Source: Candidatus Binatia bacterium | GTDB taxonomy: Bacteria; Desulfobacterota; Binatia; HRBIN30 | DNA length: 64,000 nt | Reading direction: 5' to 3' | Assembly: GCA_038245295.1 (NCBI GenBank) | Contig: JBBRSP010000001.1 | Coordinates: 288,001-352,000 of the forward strand | Shown here: one piece after another, positions 53,928 to 63,888 of the stretch | How the letters are laid out: each line of letters begins with the position of its first letter | Position numbering within the stretch: the stretch's first letter is position 1 | The notes under the pieces: model-generated | What the model was told of the DNA's origin: nothing | Databases searched by the model: none | What the model saw: only the letters and a program-made list of their open reading frames with translations | Made by a program: the position numbers and the translations under genes

Positions 53928-55346
53928 ATGTCGGAAGGACCTTTGGGCAAACTCTACCCCTACGCCGAGCGTTACGGCGTCAACGACAAGCTCCCGGCCA
54001 AGGGACGCAGCCGTGAGGATGTTCTGCGCGAGCTGCAGGAGATGGCCAAAGCCGAAGACGGCTTCTGGCAGACCGGTAAGTGCTCCGGAACGATGTACTG
54101 CGGCGACATGTCGCACTACGAGTTTCTCAACGAGGCATTCTCGTTGTATTCCCACGTCAACGCCTTGCAGCGCGATATGTGCCCCAGCGCGACTCGCTTC
54201 GAAGGCGAGATCGCCGCAATGGCCCTCGACTTGATGCACGGCGACGCTGTGAAGTCGCATCATCCCGACGACAATCCCTGCGGCTCGGTAACCAGCGGCG
54301 GCACCGAGAGCATCATGAGTGCGGTGCTCGCCTATCGCGAACGCGGCCGCACGCGCGGCATCACTCAGCCGGAAATGATCATGCCGGTGACGGCGCACCC
54401 GGCGTTCGAAAAGGGCGCGCACCTTTTCAATGTGAAGTTGCTGTTGGCGCCGGTCGATCCGCAGACGACACTCGTCGATGTCGATTGGGTGAAGCAGAAC
54501 ATCAATGAGAACACGGTGATGTTGGTCGGCTCGGCCGGCAACTATCCGTATGGGACGATCGATCCGATCAGCGAGCTCTCCGAGTTGGCCGTGAAACACG
54601 ACGTCGGGCTCCACGTCGACGGTTGCCTCGGCGGCTTCATCCTGCCGTTCGGTCAGGAGCTGGGGTACGACATCCCGGTATTCGACTTCCGCCTGCCGGG
54701 TGTGACGTCGATCTCGGCCGACACGCACAAGTATGGCTACGGCCTCAAGGGTACGTCGACCCTGTTGTTCCGCGATCAGTCGATTCGCCAGCATCTGTAT
54801 TTCATGAGCCTCGAATGGCCCGGCGGTAAATACTTCTCGCCCGGTTTGGCGGGCAGCCGCTCCGGTGGCATGTTGGCCACGGCGTGGGCCTCGATGGTCA
54901 GCCTGGGTAGGGAAGGGTATCTCAAGTACGCCAAGCAGATCTTTGAAGCCGCGTTTGCGATGCAGAAGGCGGTGCTCAGCCACAAAGAGCTGCGCATGAT
55001 GGGCAAGCCGACGTTCTGCTTCTCGTTCACCTCGGAGGTGTTCGACATCTACCACATCAATGATTTCATGAAGACGCGCGGCTGGCGCTTCAACGGGCAG
55101 CAGTACCCGAATGCCATGCACATGTGCACGACGCGGCCGCAAACCCAGCCCGGCGTCGTCGAGTCCTTCACCAAAGATCTTGCCGACGCGGTGCAGTACG
55201 CGCTGAAGCCGGATCGTGACATGCCGGCAACCGGCGCCGTCTACGGCGGTGTGCCCAAAGGTGTGCCGGAGATCCAGAAGTACGTCACCGATTTCATGGT
55301 CGGTTTCCTCGACGCGTCGCAGGCGGTGCCGCCGAAGCAGGGCTGA
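53928..55346 (+). CDS. Sphingosine-1-phosphate lyase-like PLP enzyme (group II decarboxylase fold)
   Basis: TSGGTESI, AHPAFEKG, PYGTIDPI, HVDGCLGGF, SISADTHKYGY, GSRSG. Confidence 0.88.
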   Translation: MSEGPLGKLYPYAERYGVNDKLPAKGRSREDVLRELQEMAKAEDGFWQTGKCSGTMYCGDMSHYEFLNEAFSLYSHVNALQRDMCPSATRFEGEIAAMALDLMHGDAVKSHHPDDNPCGSVTSGGTESIMSAVLAYRERGRTRGITQPEMIMPVTAHPAFEKGAHLFNVKLLLAPVDPQTTLVDVDWVKQNINENTVMLVGSAGNYPYGTIDPISELSELAVKHDVGLHVDGCLGGFILPFGQELGYDIPVFDFRLPGVTSISADTHKYGYGLKGTSTLLFRDQSIRQHLYFMSLEWPGGKYFSPGLAGSRSGGMLATAWASMVSLGREGYLKYAKQIFEAAFAMQKAVLSHKELRMMGKPTFCFSFTSEVFDIYHINDFMKTRGWRFNGQQYPNAMHMCTTRPQTQPGVVESFTKDLADAVQYALKPDRDMPATGAVYGGVPKGVPEIQKYVTDFMVGFLDASQAVPPKQG

Positions 55347-55357
55347 GAGATCGGTAC

Positions 55358-55501
55358 CCTTACCCCAACCCTCTCCCGCGAGTGAGAAAACCACGCGGGA
55401 GAGGGGGGCGTCTGTTTAGCCAGAGTCTGGCACCCAAGAACTCCCTCGCCCCGCTCGAGCGGGACCTTTATGCGCGGGGAGAGAGTCAGGGGGGGGGGGG
55501 G
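55358..55501. repeat. REP-like palindromic pair ending in a G13 run
   Basis: CCCTTACCCCAACCCTCTCCCGCG...CGCGGGAGAGGG and inverted partner ...GGGGGAGAGAGTCAG-Gn. Confidence 0.65.
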
Positions 55502-55504
55502 ATT

Positions 55505-55541
55505 AAGCAGGCTTGACTGATTTATTCTAATCGGATATCTC
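55505..55541 (+). promoter_or_regulatory. Putative tetR promoter with overlapping imperfect palindromic operator
   Basis: AAGCAGGCTTGACTGATT overlaps TTGACT; TATCTC 17 nt downstream; ATG follows with no SD (possibly leaderless). Confidence 0.45.
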
Positions 55542-55549
55542 GGCCGGGC

Positions 55550-56149
55550 ATGCGTAGCGGGGCGACTCCGAAACAGGAACGCAGCACGGCGATGCGCCAA
55601 CGCCTTTTGGCATCGGCCATCGCGTGTCTGTGCACGGAAGGGTATGCCGGGACGACGACGCTCGAAGTCGGTGCTCGTGCCGGTGTATCGCGCGGTGCGT
55701 TGCTGTACCACTTCCCAACCCGCGAACAGCTCGTCGCCGGAGCGGTCGAACATCTCTTTGCCGAGCTGCGCGAGGACTTCGCCAAACGGTTCGCCCGCCT
55801 GGCGCCTGGCGCGGATCGCCTGGATGCGGCGATCAATCTGCTGTGGAAGGTGTTTCAGGATGTACGTCTCGCCGCCGTGCTCGATCTGTACGTTGCCGCG
55901 CGCACCGATAAGGGCTTGCATGCGACGCTGCTCCCTGTAGCGCAGGCGCATCACGATCACGTTCTTGGCCTGGCGCGGGCGTTTTTCCCCGAAGCGGCGG
56001 CGAGCCAGGATCTGCGCGACACCACGAACCTGCTGCTCGATACGCTGCAAGGGATGGCCATTCGCAAGCTGATCCGCCCCGCCGATCGGTCGCCGAGCCG
56101 AACCCTTGCCATGCTCAAGCAATTGGCCGCTGCCGTGGCCGCGACCTGA
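55550..56149 (+). CDS. TetR-family transcriptional regulator
   Basis: GYAGTTTLEVGARAGVSRGALLYHFPTREQL. Confidence 0.93.
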   Translation: MRSGATPKQERSTAMRQRLLASAIACLCTEGYAGTTTLEVGARAGVSRGALLYHFPTREQLVAGAVEHLFAELREDFAKRFARLAPGADRLDAAINLLWKVFQDVRLAAVLDLYVAARTDKGLHATLLPVAQAHHDHVLGLARAFFPEAAASQDLRDTTNLLLDTLQGMAIRKLIRPADRSPSRTLAMLKQLAAAVAAT

Positions 56150-56158
56150 AGGAGTCGG

Positions 56159-57055
56159 ATGATGTTGGTCATGTATGCCATTCCCGCATTCGTCGTCCTG
56201 ATGATCGTCGAGGCGCTGGTTCTCTCGCCTTGGGGCGGCACGGCGCCGCGTGCTCGGCGGCGAGGCTATGAGGGGCGCGATACGGCGGCGAGTCTGGCAA
56301 TGGGCCTGGGCAACGTCGTGATCGGCGTTGCGACACAGGCGTCGCGCATCGCGCTGATGATCTGGATCTATCAGTTTCGCCTTTTCGATATGGGCACCGG
56401 CGTTGTTGCCTGGGCCATCGTGCTGATCGGCGAAGATTTTACCTATTACTGGTGGCATCGGGCGTCGCACGAGATCCGTTTCATGTGGGCGGCGCACGAG
56501 AACCATCACTCTAGCCAGCACTACAACTTGTCGACGGCACTGCGGCAGTCGTGGACCACGCCGTTTACGACCTTGCTCTTCTATGCGCCGTTACCGCTGC
56601 TTGGTTTCAATCCGGCAATGCTGGCCGTCGCCAGCACGATCAGCTTGCTTTATCAGTTCTGGATCCACACCGAAGTCATCGATCGCCTCGGGCCTCTCGA
56701 ACAGGTCTTCAACACGCCGTCGCACCACCGCGTGCATCACGGTTCCAACATCGAGTACCTCGACCGCAATCACGCCGGCATCCTGATCATCTGGGATCGC
56801 CTGTTCGGCACCTTCGAGCCTGAAGTCGCGGCGGTTCGCTACGGGCTCACCAAGAACATCGACACGTTCAACCCCGTGCGAATCGCCTTCCTTGAATGGG
56901 CTCAGCTGGTTCGCGACGTCCGTTGCGCTACCACCTGGCGCGCCCGTCTCGGCTACATCTTCTGCGCGCCGGGATGGAAGCCGGACGGCGCCTCGACGAC
57001 GTCGCGCCTGCTGCGCGAGCGTCGCACGCAGCTTTCAGGCGTCGGGGAGTTTTAA
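56159..57055 (+). CDS. Sterol desaturase/fatty acid hydroxylase family (alkylglycerol monooxygenase-like)
   Basis: YYWWHRASHE, HENHHSS, YNLSTALRQ, QFWIHTE, NTPSHHRVHH, WDRLFGTF. Confidence 0.9.
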   Translation: MMLVMYAIPAFVVLMIVEALVLSPWGGTAPRARRRGYEGRDTAASLAMGLGNVVIGVATQASRIALMIWIYQFRLFDMGTGVVAWAIVLIGEDFTYYWWHRASHEIRFMWAAHENHHSSQHYNLSTALRQSWTTPFTTLLFYAPLPLLGFNPAMLAVASTISLLYQFWIHTEVIDRLGPLEQVFNTPSHHRVHHGSNIEYLDRNHAGILIIWDRLFGTFEPEVAAVRYGLTKNIDTFNPVRIAFLEWAQLVRDVRCATTWRARLGYIFCAPGWKPDGASTTSRLLRERRTQLSGVGEF

Positions 57056-57192
57056 CAGGATGGACAGGATAGACAGGATACCCGCACAACCCGCGCCTAG
57101 GCCGGAACCGAATTCGGCTGTAGGGGCGGTTCGGGAACCGCCGGGTTCTGCCATCCGTAGCTTCAGCGTCGGACGGGCCTGTTGAAAAGTCC
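57052..57192. repeat. Patch of short repeat fragments
   Basis: ACAGGAT x3, GTAGGGGCGGTTCGGGAACCGCC palindrome, GGGCCTGTTGAAAAGTCC IS-end-like motif. Confidence 0.5.
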
Positions 57193-57248
57193 GACGCTCG
57201 TTGAGCTGCCCTCGACACGCTATCCGAAATCCGACATCGTACGTCAAC

Positions 57249-59507
57249 GTGTATTGGCCTTCCTGTAATCGAGTCCTGTCTTTCGTTCTGGCGCTGCCGT
57301 TCGTCGCCCTGACGGCGTGGGGGGCGGAGACGCCCACCGGTATAGCCGGCGGCGCTCTCGCCGACCTGAAGGGGCGAGCGGCGCAAGTACGTGCGGATCG
57401 GGTCCAGCTGCAAGTGCAGATGGATGAACTGCGCCGCGCCATCAAATCCGCCGGCGGCGATGTTCCCGAGTCGCTGAGTCAGGAAGCGGCGCTGTTGCAG
57501 CGCATCGACCTCCTGCTGTCGCAGGAGACGTCGGCCCTCCACCAGGCCGAGGAAATGGCACAACGGCAGGAACAGCTGCAGGACGAGCTTTCGCACATGC
57601 GCGCGGCGGGTGTGCCCGAGACGCCACCGTACTCGATTGTCTTCCTCGACGAGATTCAAGACGAGATCGACCTGGCGCAGACCCAAGTGCGCAGCGACGA
57701 AGCCAGCGTCACGGCGGCGACGGAAGCTGTCGATCAGGCACGCCAGGAACAAGACGTGCGCGAGCGCGCTCGTCGTGCCGCCAAAGAGGGGCTCGAGACC
57801 AATACCGATCTGGCTCGATCCGCCGCCCTCGACGCCGCCCTGCGGGCCGCGCAACTCGAGGCGCGCGCTTCGAACGAGACGCTGCGTTTGCGTGAGGTCG
57901 AGCTGTCGAACGAAACGGCGCTGCGCGACATTGATCGCCAGCGGCTGGTTGTCATGCAGGAGAAGGCTGCCTTCGTCGGCAAAGACGCTTGTCTGGTGAA
58001 AGACGACCTCGACAAGCAGGTGAGCGCCGTCGACAAGGACGAAACCGAACTGCAGCGCACCCTCGCGGCGGCCAGGCGTGAGTTGGACACTGCCGAGCGG
58101 CGCATGATGATGGCTCAGCAGCGGGTCGATCAGGACGGTAGCTCCGATCCCGTCCGCGCCGCCGAGGTCGCGGCGCGCCGTACCGCCTTGGAGACGCTGC
58201 AACTCGAAGTTCGCAGCCTGACCCAGCGTCTGCAGCGCTCCGCTGAGATCCGCCAGGTGTGGGAGCGGCGCTACCAGGTGTCGGAGGATCCACCGGCGCA
58301 GGCGCAACTCAACGGCTGGCTGCGCGAAGCCGAGGCGGCGGTCGAACAACTCGGTCGCGAGGAACGCGTGCAGCGGAGCCGGCTCACGCAGCTGCACCAG
58401 ACCGCAAAAACCCTCCAGCAACAGATCGATGACACCGCGCAACCAGCGCCCGAAGTGGCACGCTGGCTGATCGATCAGCAGGGCCGTTTCCAAGAACAGA
58501 CGACGACGTATGAGTCGCTCCTGACGAGTATCGAGACGGCGCGCCATCTGCAGGAGAAGCTCGTCAAACAGATCGAGCAACATTCGACGCGCCTGTCGCT
58601 GCGCGAAAGGTTGCGCGATCTTCGCGACGTTGGCCGAGCCGCGTGGAACTACGAGCTGACCTCCGTCGAGGATCGGCCGATTACGGTTGGTAAGATTGCT
58701 CTCGGCGCGTTGCTGGTCAGCCTCGGATTCTGGTTTGCGAGCTTCTTTTCGACGCTACTGGGTCGACGGCTGCTGCCTCGACTGGGACTCGATGCGCGTG
58801 CTGCCTCGATACTGCAATCGGTGGTCTTCTACGTCCTGCTCTCGGGCCTGTTCCTGATCGTCCTCAACGTGATCAACGTTCCACTGACGGTGTTTACCTT
58901 CGTCGGCGGCGCCGTCGCCATCGGCGTCGGCTTTGGAAGCCAGAACATCGTCAACAACTTCATCAGCGGGCTCATTCTGATGGCCGAACGGCCCATCAAG
59001 CTGGGCGACGTCGTGACGGTTGACGGTACCAAAGGGACGGTGGAACACATCGGGCCACGCAGCACACGTGTGCTCGGCGAAGGCAACATCGACATCATCA
59101 TCCCGAACAGCGTCTTTCTCGAGCGCAACGTCGTCAACTGGACCCTGTCGACCGACTCGATTCGGACGCACGTGTCGGTGGGAGTTGCGTGCGGATCGGA
59201 CGTCCAATTGGTCAGCTCACTGCTGCGCCTGGCCGTGGCCGAGAACGAAAAGATCCTCAAGCAACCCGAGCCGTTCGTGTTGTTTACGGACTTCGCGGAG
59301 AGCGCTCTGCAGTTGGAAATTCAGTTCTGGATTCGTGTGCGCTCGCCGCTCGACGAAAAACTGGCGCAGAGTGAGGTGCGCTTCGCGGTCGATCGCCTAT
59401 TCAGACAGGAGAAGATCGAGGTCGCTTTTCCGCAGCGCGACCTTCATTTGCGCGCCGCGACCCCGATCGCCGTTCACCTGGTTGAGAAGGAGGAGGGCGA
59501 GAAATGA
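57249..59507 (+). CDS. MscS-family (MscK-like) mechanosensitive channel with long periplasmic coiled coil
   Basis: GVGFGSQNIVNNFISGLILMAERPIKLGD, IPNS, NWTL, FPQRDLH; start uncertain. Confidence 0.92.
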   Translation: MYWPSCNRVLSFVLALPFVALTAWGAETPTGIAGGALADLKGRAAQVRADRVQLQVQMDELRRAIKSAGGDVPESLSQEAALLQRIDLLLSQETSALHQAEEMAQRQEQLQDELSHMRAAGVPETPPYSIVFLDEIQDEIDLAQTQVRSDEASVTAATEAVDQARQEQDVRERARRAAKEGLETNTDLARSAALDAALRAAQLEARASNETLRLREVELSNETALRDIDRQRLVVMQEKAAFVGKDACLVKDDLDKQVSAVDKDETELQRTLAAARRELDTAERRMMMAQQRVDQDGSSDPVRAAEVAARRTALETLQLEVRSLTQRLQRSAEIRQVWERRYQVSEDPPAQAQLNGWLREAEAAVEQLGREERVQRSRLTQLHQTAKTLQQQIDDTAQPAPEVARWLIDQQGRFQEQTTTYESLLTSIETARHLQEKLVKQIEQHSTRLSLRERLRDLRDVGRAAWNYELTSVEDRPITVGKIALGALLVSLGFWFASFFSTLLGRRLLPRLGLDARAASILQSVVFYVLLSGLFLIVLNVINVPLTVFTFVGGAVAIGVGFGSQNIVNNFISGLILMAERPIKLGDVVTVDGTKGTVEHIGPRSTRVLGEGNIDIIIPNSVFLERNVVNWTLSTDSIRTHVSVGVACGSDVQLVSSLLRLAVAENEKILKQPEPFVLFTDFAESALQLEIQFWIRVRSPLDEKLAQSEVRFAVDRLFRQEKIEVAFPQRDLHLRAATPIAVHLVEKEEGEK

Positions 59508-59875
59508 CTGAACATCGAGGCGGCTGCCACTGCGGCCGCGTGCGTTTCGTTGTGCGGCGCGAGATCGAGCGCGTCAGCGAGTGCAACTGCTCGGTCTGTA
59601 CCAAAAAGGGCATCCTGCATTGGCTTGTCGAGAAAGGCGAATTCACCCTGGAGAGCGGTGCCGACGCGTTGTCGACCTACACGTTCAACACCGGCGTCGC
59701 CAAACATCACTTCTGCAAGTTCTGCGGCATCGCCGCCTTCTACATTCCGCGCTCCGACCCGGACCGCATCGACGTCAACGTGCGCTGCCTCGATAACGTC
59801 GACCTCAGCGGCTATCCGACGACGCGCTTCGACGGGCGGAACTGGGAGAAGTCGATTCACTCCTTCGAACGTTAG
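59504..59875 (+). CDS. GFA/CENP-V family protein
   Basis: GGCHCG, CNCSVC, FCKFCG, VNVRCLD. Confidence 0.92.
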   Translation: MTEHRGGCHCGRVRFVVRREIERVSECNCSVCTKKGILHWLVEKGEFTLESGADALSTYTFNTGVAKHHFCKFCGIAAFYIPRSDPDRIDVNVRCLDNVDLSGYPTTRFDGRNWEKSIHSFER

Positions 59876-59968
59876 GGGCGGGTCACGAGCCGCCGCCGCG
59901 ATGTCCCCACCGGCGGCTAAGAAGCAACCGGTTGCCGCTGCCGCGCATCGTCGCTACCTTCGACGGCC

Positions 59969-61894
59969 GTGCTGACAGTTACCGGATTACAGAAACGCTT
60001 CGGCGGCCAGATCGTTCTCGATTCGGTCAATTGGTTTGTTCCGTCCAACGGACGTGTCGCTCTGGTCGGCGCCAATGGATCTGGGAAGTCGACGTTCCTG
60101 CGCATGATCGCGCGGCATGCCGAGCCCGACGCTGGTTCGATCAACCTGCCGAAGGGCGCTACCATTGGTTACCTGCAGCAGGAGGTCTTTGGACTCTCAG
60201 AGCGGTCCGTAATGGAAGAGACGCTGAGCGCCTTTGCGCATCTGCACGAGATCGAAGACACCTGCCGGCGTCTCGAGCACGAGATGTCGGACCTTCCGGC
60301 CGATGATCCGCGCCACGACGAAGTGATGCAGGCCTATTCCGAAGCGCGTGAGGCCTGGGACGCGCACGGCAGTTACGATCTCGACAGCCGTACGGAAAAT
60401 GTTCTGACCGGTCTCGGCTTCAGCAGCGCCGACTTCACGCGCTCGTGCACGACGTTCTCCGGTGGTTGGCAGATGCGTATCGCCCTCGCCAAGTTGCTGT
60501 TACAGCAACCAAGCCTCTTGCTGCTCGATGAGCCGACCAACCACCTCGACCTCGAAGCGCGCAATTGGCTCGAGGACTTCCTGCGGACGTATCCGGGAAG
60601 CGTCATCCTGGTTGCGCATGATCGCTATTTCCTCGATCAGACCGTCAACCACGTTTCCGAGCTGTCGCGTGGCAAGCTCACCGACTTCGACTGCAACTAC
60701 AGCCGCTATCTCGAAGAGAAGGTCGAGCGCCAGCAGCTGCAGGAGCAGGCCTACCGGCTGCAGCAGGAAGAGATCGAGCGCATCGAAGCCTTCGTCAGTC
60801 GCTTCCGGGCGCAGGCATCAAAAGCGGCGTTGGTGCAGAGCCGCATCAAGCAACTCGAGAAGATCGAGCGCCTAAGCCCGCCGGAAGGCATGCGCACCGT
60901 GCACTTCCGCTTTCCACAGCCGGAGCGCAGTGGGCGCATGGTGCTCGAGATGCAGGGCGCCGCCAAGAGTTATGGCGACATCTGTGTCTATCGTGATGCC
61001 ACTTTGGCGATCGAGCGTGGCAAGAAGGTGGCACTGGTCGGACCCAACGGCGCCGGCAAATCGACGCTGATGCGCATGATGGCCGGAACCGAACCGCTCG
61101 ATTCCGGTGAGCGGCGTGCCGGTCACAATGTGCAGATCAGTTACTTCGCCCAGGATCGCGGCGCCAGTCTGGATCCGGATCGCTCGGTGCTGGAAACGGT
61201 GACGTCAGCCGCCCCGATGGATCTCGTCCCCTACGTACGCGGCTTGCTCGGGTCGTTTCTGTTCAGCGGCGATGCTGTACACAAGAAGGTGCGCGTGCTG
61301 AGCGGTGGCGAGCGCAGTCGCCTCGCCCTGGCGTTGCTGCTGTTGCGGCCGACCAACTGTCTGCTGCTCGACGAGCCCACCAATCACCTCGACCTGGCGG
61401 CCAAGGAAGTGCTGCTCGGCGCCTTGCAGGGGTACAACGGCACCCTCATCTTCGTCGCCCACGATCGCTACTTCCTCGATCATCTGCCGAGCGAGGTGCT
61501 CGAGGCCGGGCATGGGACGACGACGAGTTATCTGGGCGACTACCACTCGTACCTTGCCAAGAAAGAAGCCGAATTGGTGACGCCCGCCGCGCCGGTTGTC
61601 GCAACACGTCCGACCGTTGCCGCTCCGCCACCTTCGAGCAATGGCGCCGCACGCGACCGTGAGGCCGAGAAGAAAGTCGCCAAAGAGAAGCAAAAGCGCG
61701 AACGGGAGCTGGCCGCGTTGATGCAGGAGATCGAAGGCAAGGAGACGACGCTCGGCGAGATGACGCAGCTGATCAACGATCCAAACTTCTACATGCAGAG
61801 CAAGAATCCACAGGCCACCTACAGTGAGTTCGCCAAGCTCAAGGACGAGATCGCCAAGCTGTACACCAGGATGGAACGGCTTGGGGAAGAGTGA
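59969..61894 (+). CDS. ABC-F family ATPase
   Basis: Two NBDs: GANGSGKST/FSGGWQMR/DEPTNHLD and GPNGAGKST/LSGGERSR/DEPTNHLD; no TM segments. Confidence 0.95.
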   Translation: MLTVTGLQKRFGGQIVLDSVNWFVPSNGRVALVGANGSGKSTFLRMIARHAEPDAGSINLPKGATIGYLQQEVFGLSERSVMEETLSAFAHLHEIEDTCRRLEHEMSDLPADDPRHDEVMQAYSEAREAWDAHGSYDLDSRTENVLTGLGFSSADFTRSCTTFSGGWQMRIALAKLLLQQPSLLLLDEPTNHLDLEARNWLEDFLRTYPGSVILVAHDRYFLDQTVNHVSELSRGKLTDFDCNYSRYLEEKVERQQLQEQAYRLQQEEIERIEAFVSRFRAQASKAALVQSRIKQLEKIERLSPPEGMRTVHFRFPQPERSGRMVLEMQGAAKSYGDICVYRDATLAIERGKKVALVGPNGAGKSTLMRMMAGTEPLDSGERRAGHNVQISYFAQDRGASLDPDRSVLETVTSAAPMDLVPYVRGLLGSFLFSGDAVHKKVRVLSGGERSRLALALLLLRPTNCLLLDEPTNHLDLAAKEVLLGALQGYNGTLIFVAHDRYFLDHLPSEVLEAGHGTTTSYLGDYHSYLAKKEAELVTPAAPVVATRPTVAAPPPSSNGAARDREAEKKVAKEKQKRERELAALMQEIEGKETTLGEMTQLINDPNFYMQSKNPQATYSEFAKLKDEIAKLYTRMERLGEE

Positions 61895-61905
61895 AGAGTG
61901 AAACG

Positions 61906-63888
61906 CTAGTTGCAGCCACTGCGGTTCGACGTGCTGCCGGTCCAGATCGTCAGCGCGCTGCAGTCGGTGACGCCTGCCGCCGCGGGTGACGGCGGCTGCT
62001 GAGTTACCTTCGGCAAGCTGCGTACAAACGTCAGGAGCGCTTGGCGATCTTCCTCGGTAAAGTGTGAATGTGCTGTCCACAGGGTCAACGCTGGCACCAT
62101 GGGCCGTCCACGGCGGGTGATGCCGCTGCGAAGGCCACGCAGGAACGAAACATCGTCGAGCGTCGTCAGATTGCTGCTCCACACGGTTCCGAACGTCGCG
62201 GCGTTTAGTTTGACATTGCCGCTGCCGTTCGGCGCGTGGCACAAGACACAGCCGCTGCCGCGATAGAGATACCGTCCCTGTTCCCACAGGATCTTCTGGC
62301 GCGGTGTCGCCTTGTCCGGCTCCGCTGTCGGCACTGCCGAGGCGAAGGCCTGCACGACGGCTTCTGCCGGCACGACGTTGAGCTCCGGATAACGTGACAG
62401 CATGGCGGCGAGTGCCAGTAAGACCGCCGACACCATTCCGACGGCGAGGGTGACCCCGATCAAATTGTCCGCGCCGGGCACCGAAAAGGCCAGCAAGCCG
62501 CCGAAGATCACCAGCACCACCTGAAGCCATGCGATGCGATCGGCCCACGAACTCGCTGACGACTCGGCGTGTCCGTAATTCCCCAGGCCTAGTTCGAGTC
62601 GTTCCGGTGTCATCACCGGCCAGCCGGCGGCGAGCTTACGCACGACCGTCTCGATCACACCGAAATGAATCGCCGGTGGTACCAGGTTGCGAACCGGCGG
62701 CACGGTCTTGAGGTAAGCACCGATCGCTACCGCATCGTCCTGCGTCAACGCTCCACTCAGCATCCAGGGCATCGCCCAGAAGTTGAGCCGACGGTCGCGT
62801 GTATGGCCACTGCGGATAGCGACGGCAATCTCGTTCTCCGACCAATGGCCGATTCCGGTCTCGGGATCGGGCGTTAAATTGGACGCGAAGAAGATACCGT
62901 GCGGGCCGGCGTCGATACGTCGTCCGCCCGCGAGTTGCAATGCGGTGACGGGGCTCCCGACGGCATCCACCGAGCTGTGACACCAGGCGCAATTGCCTGT
63001 CTGTACGAGGTACTCTCCACGCCGCAGTCGATTGCTTTGCTTCTCCAGCAACTCGGCAGGTGCATTCGGATCGCCGGGGGCAGGGTGGGCGAGCGAATTG
63101 ATATAGGCAACGACGGCAGCCAGCTCGTTTGGTGATGCGACTTCAAGGTACCCGGGCATCGGTGTACCACCGATGCCGAATGCCAATCTTGCGTAGAGAG
63201 CTTGCGGCGATGCGCCACCGCGAAAGGTCCACGGTTGCGTCAGATTGCGCGGCACGGCCGGTTGATTCCAGGTGTCGCGCAGGTCTTTTGCCGACGAGCC
63301 GTCCCCCAAGCCTTCCTTGCCATGGCAGGCCGGACAACCAAGCTCCTTATACTTCTGCCTGCCCAGATCAGTCGAGGCTTGGTCGAAAACACTTTGCGGC
63401 GGTATCGCGTCGCGTGGGTCACCGGAGTCTTGCGGGTCATCCTCCCAGGTGAGCGTCGGATCAAAGCGCCGTACCCGATCGGCAACGTCATTGATCTCCG
63501 CATCGCTCAGGAGTCCTTCCCACCCCGGCATGGATGATCCCGGCATGCCGCGGCGGATGGTACCCTCGATGTCGCCCCGCCGCGGGCCCTGACCGGTCGG
63601 TGTCGATTTCAGCTTGTACGTGCCGCGCGTAAAATCACGCGGTCGTGGCGTGAGAAGCGCGGCGACTGGCGCCTCGCCGTTTCCTTGCACTCCGTGACAA
63701 GTGGCGCAGTGTTGATTGTAGACATGATCCCCCGGAGTTGCGTCGACCGGAGTCGGTGTTGCTATGACGATTGGTGTGACGTCGATTGTCGGTGCGGTAA
63801 TCCAGTAATGGGCGGCAACAGAACGTGCTCCATCGAGAACGAGGAGCAGCACAACGACCGACCGGTAGACGCGAGCTCGTGGCGACAT
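61906..63888 (-). CDS. Membrane-bound multi-domain cytochrome c (four CxxCH)
   Basis: CATCH, CPACH, CAWCH, CVLCH; two hydrophobic segments between hemes 3 and 4. Confidence 0.85.
   Translation of the reverse strand: MSPRARVYRSVVVLLLVLDGARSVAAHYWITAPTIDVTPIVIATPTPVDATPGDHVYNQHCATCHGVQGNGEAPVAALLTPRPRDFTRGTYKLKSTPTGQGPRRGDIEGTIRRGMPGSSMPGWEGLLSDAEINDVADRVRRFDPTLTWEDDPQDSGDPRDAIPPQSVFDQASTDLGRQKYKELGCPACHGKEGLGDGSSAKDLRDTWNQPAVPRNLTQPWTFRGGASPQALYARLAFGIGGTPMPGYLEVASPNELAAVVAYINSLAHPAPGDPNAPAELLEKQSNRLRRGEYLVQTGNCAWCHSSVDAVGSPVTALQLAGGRRIDAGPHGIFFASNLTPDPETGIGHWSENEIAVAIRSGHTRDRRLNFWAMPWMLSGALTQDDAVAIGAYLKTVPPVRNLVPPAIHFGVIETVVRKLAAGWPVMTPERLELGLGNYGHAESSASSWADRIAWLQVVLVIFGGLLAFSVPGADNLIGVTLAVGMVSAVLLALAAMLSRYPELNVVPAEAVVQAFASAVPTAEPDKATPRQKILWEQGRYLYRGSGCVLCHAPNGSGNVKLNAATFGTVWSSNLTTLDDVSFLRGLRSGITRRGRPMVPALTLWTAHSHFTEEDRQALLTFVRSLPKVTQQPPSPAAAGVTDCSALTIWTGSTSNRSGCN

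Noticed and set aside
53886..55394. 502-aa minus-strand ORF
   Set aside because: Antisense shadow of the PLP enzyme; no motifs; common in GC-rich DNA
56928..58583. 551-aa minus-strand ORF
   Set aside because: Antisense shadow of the MscS gene
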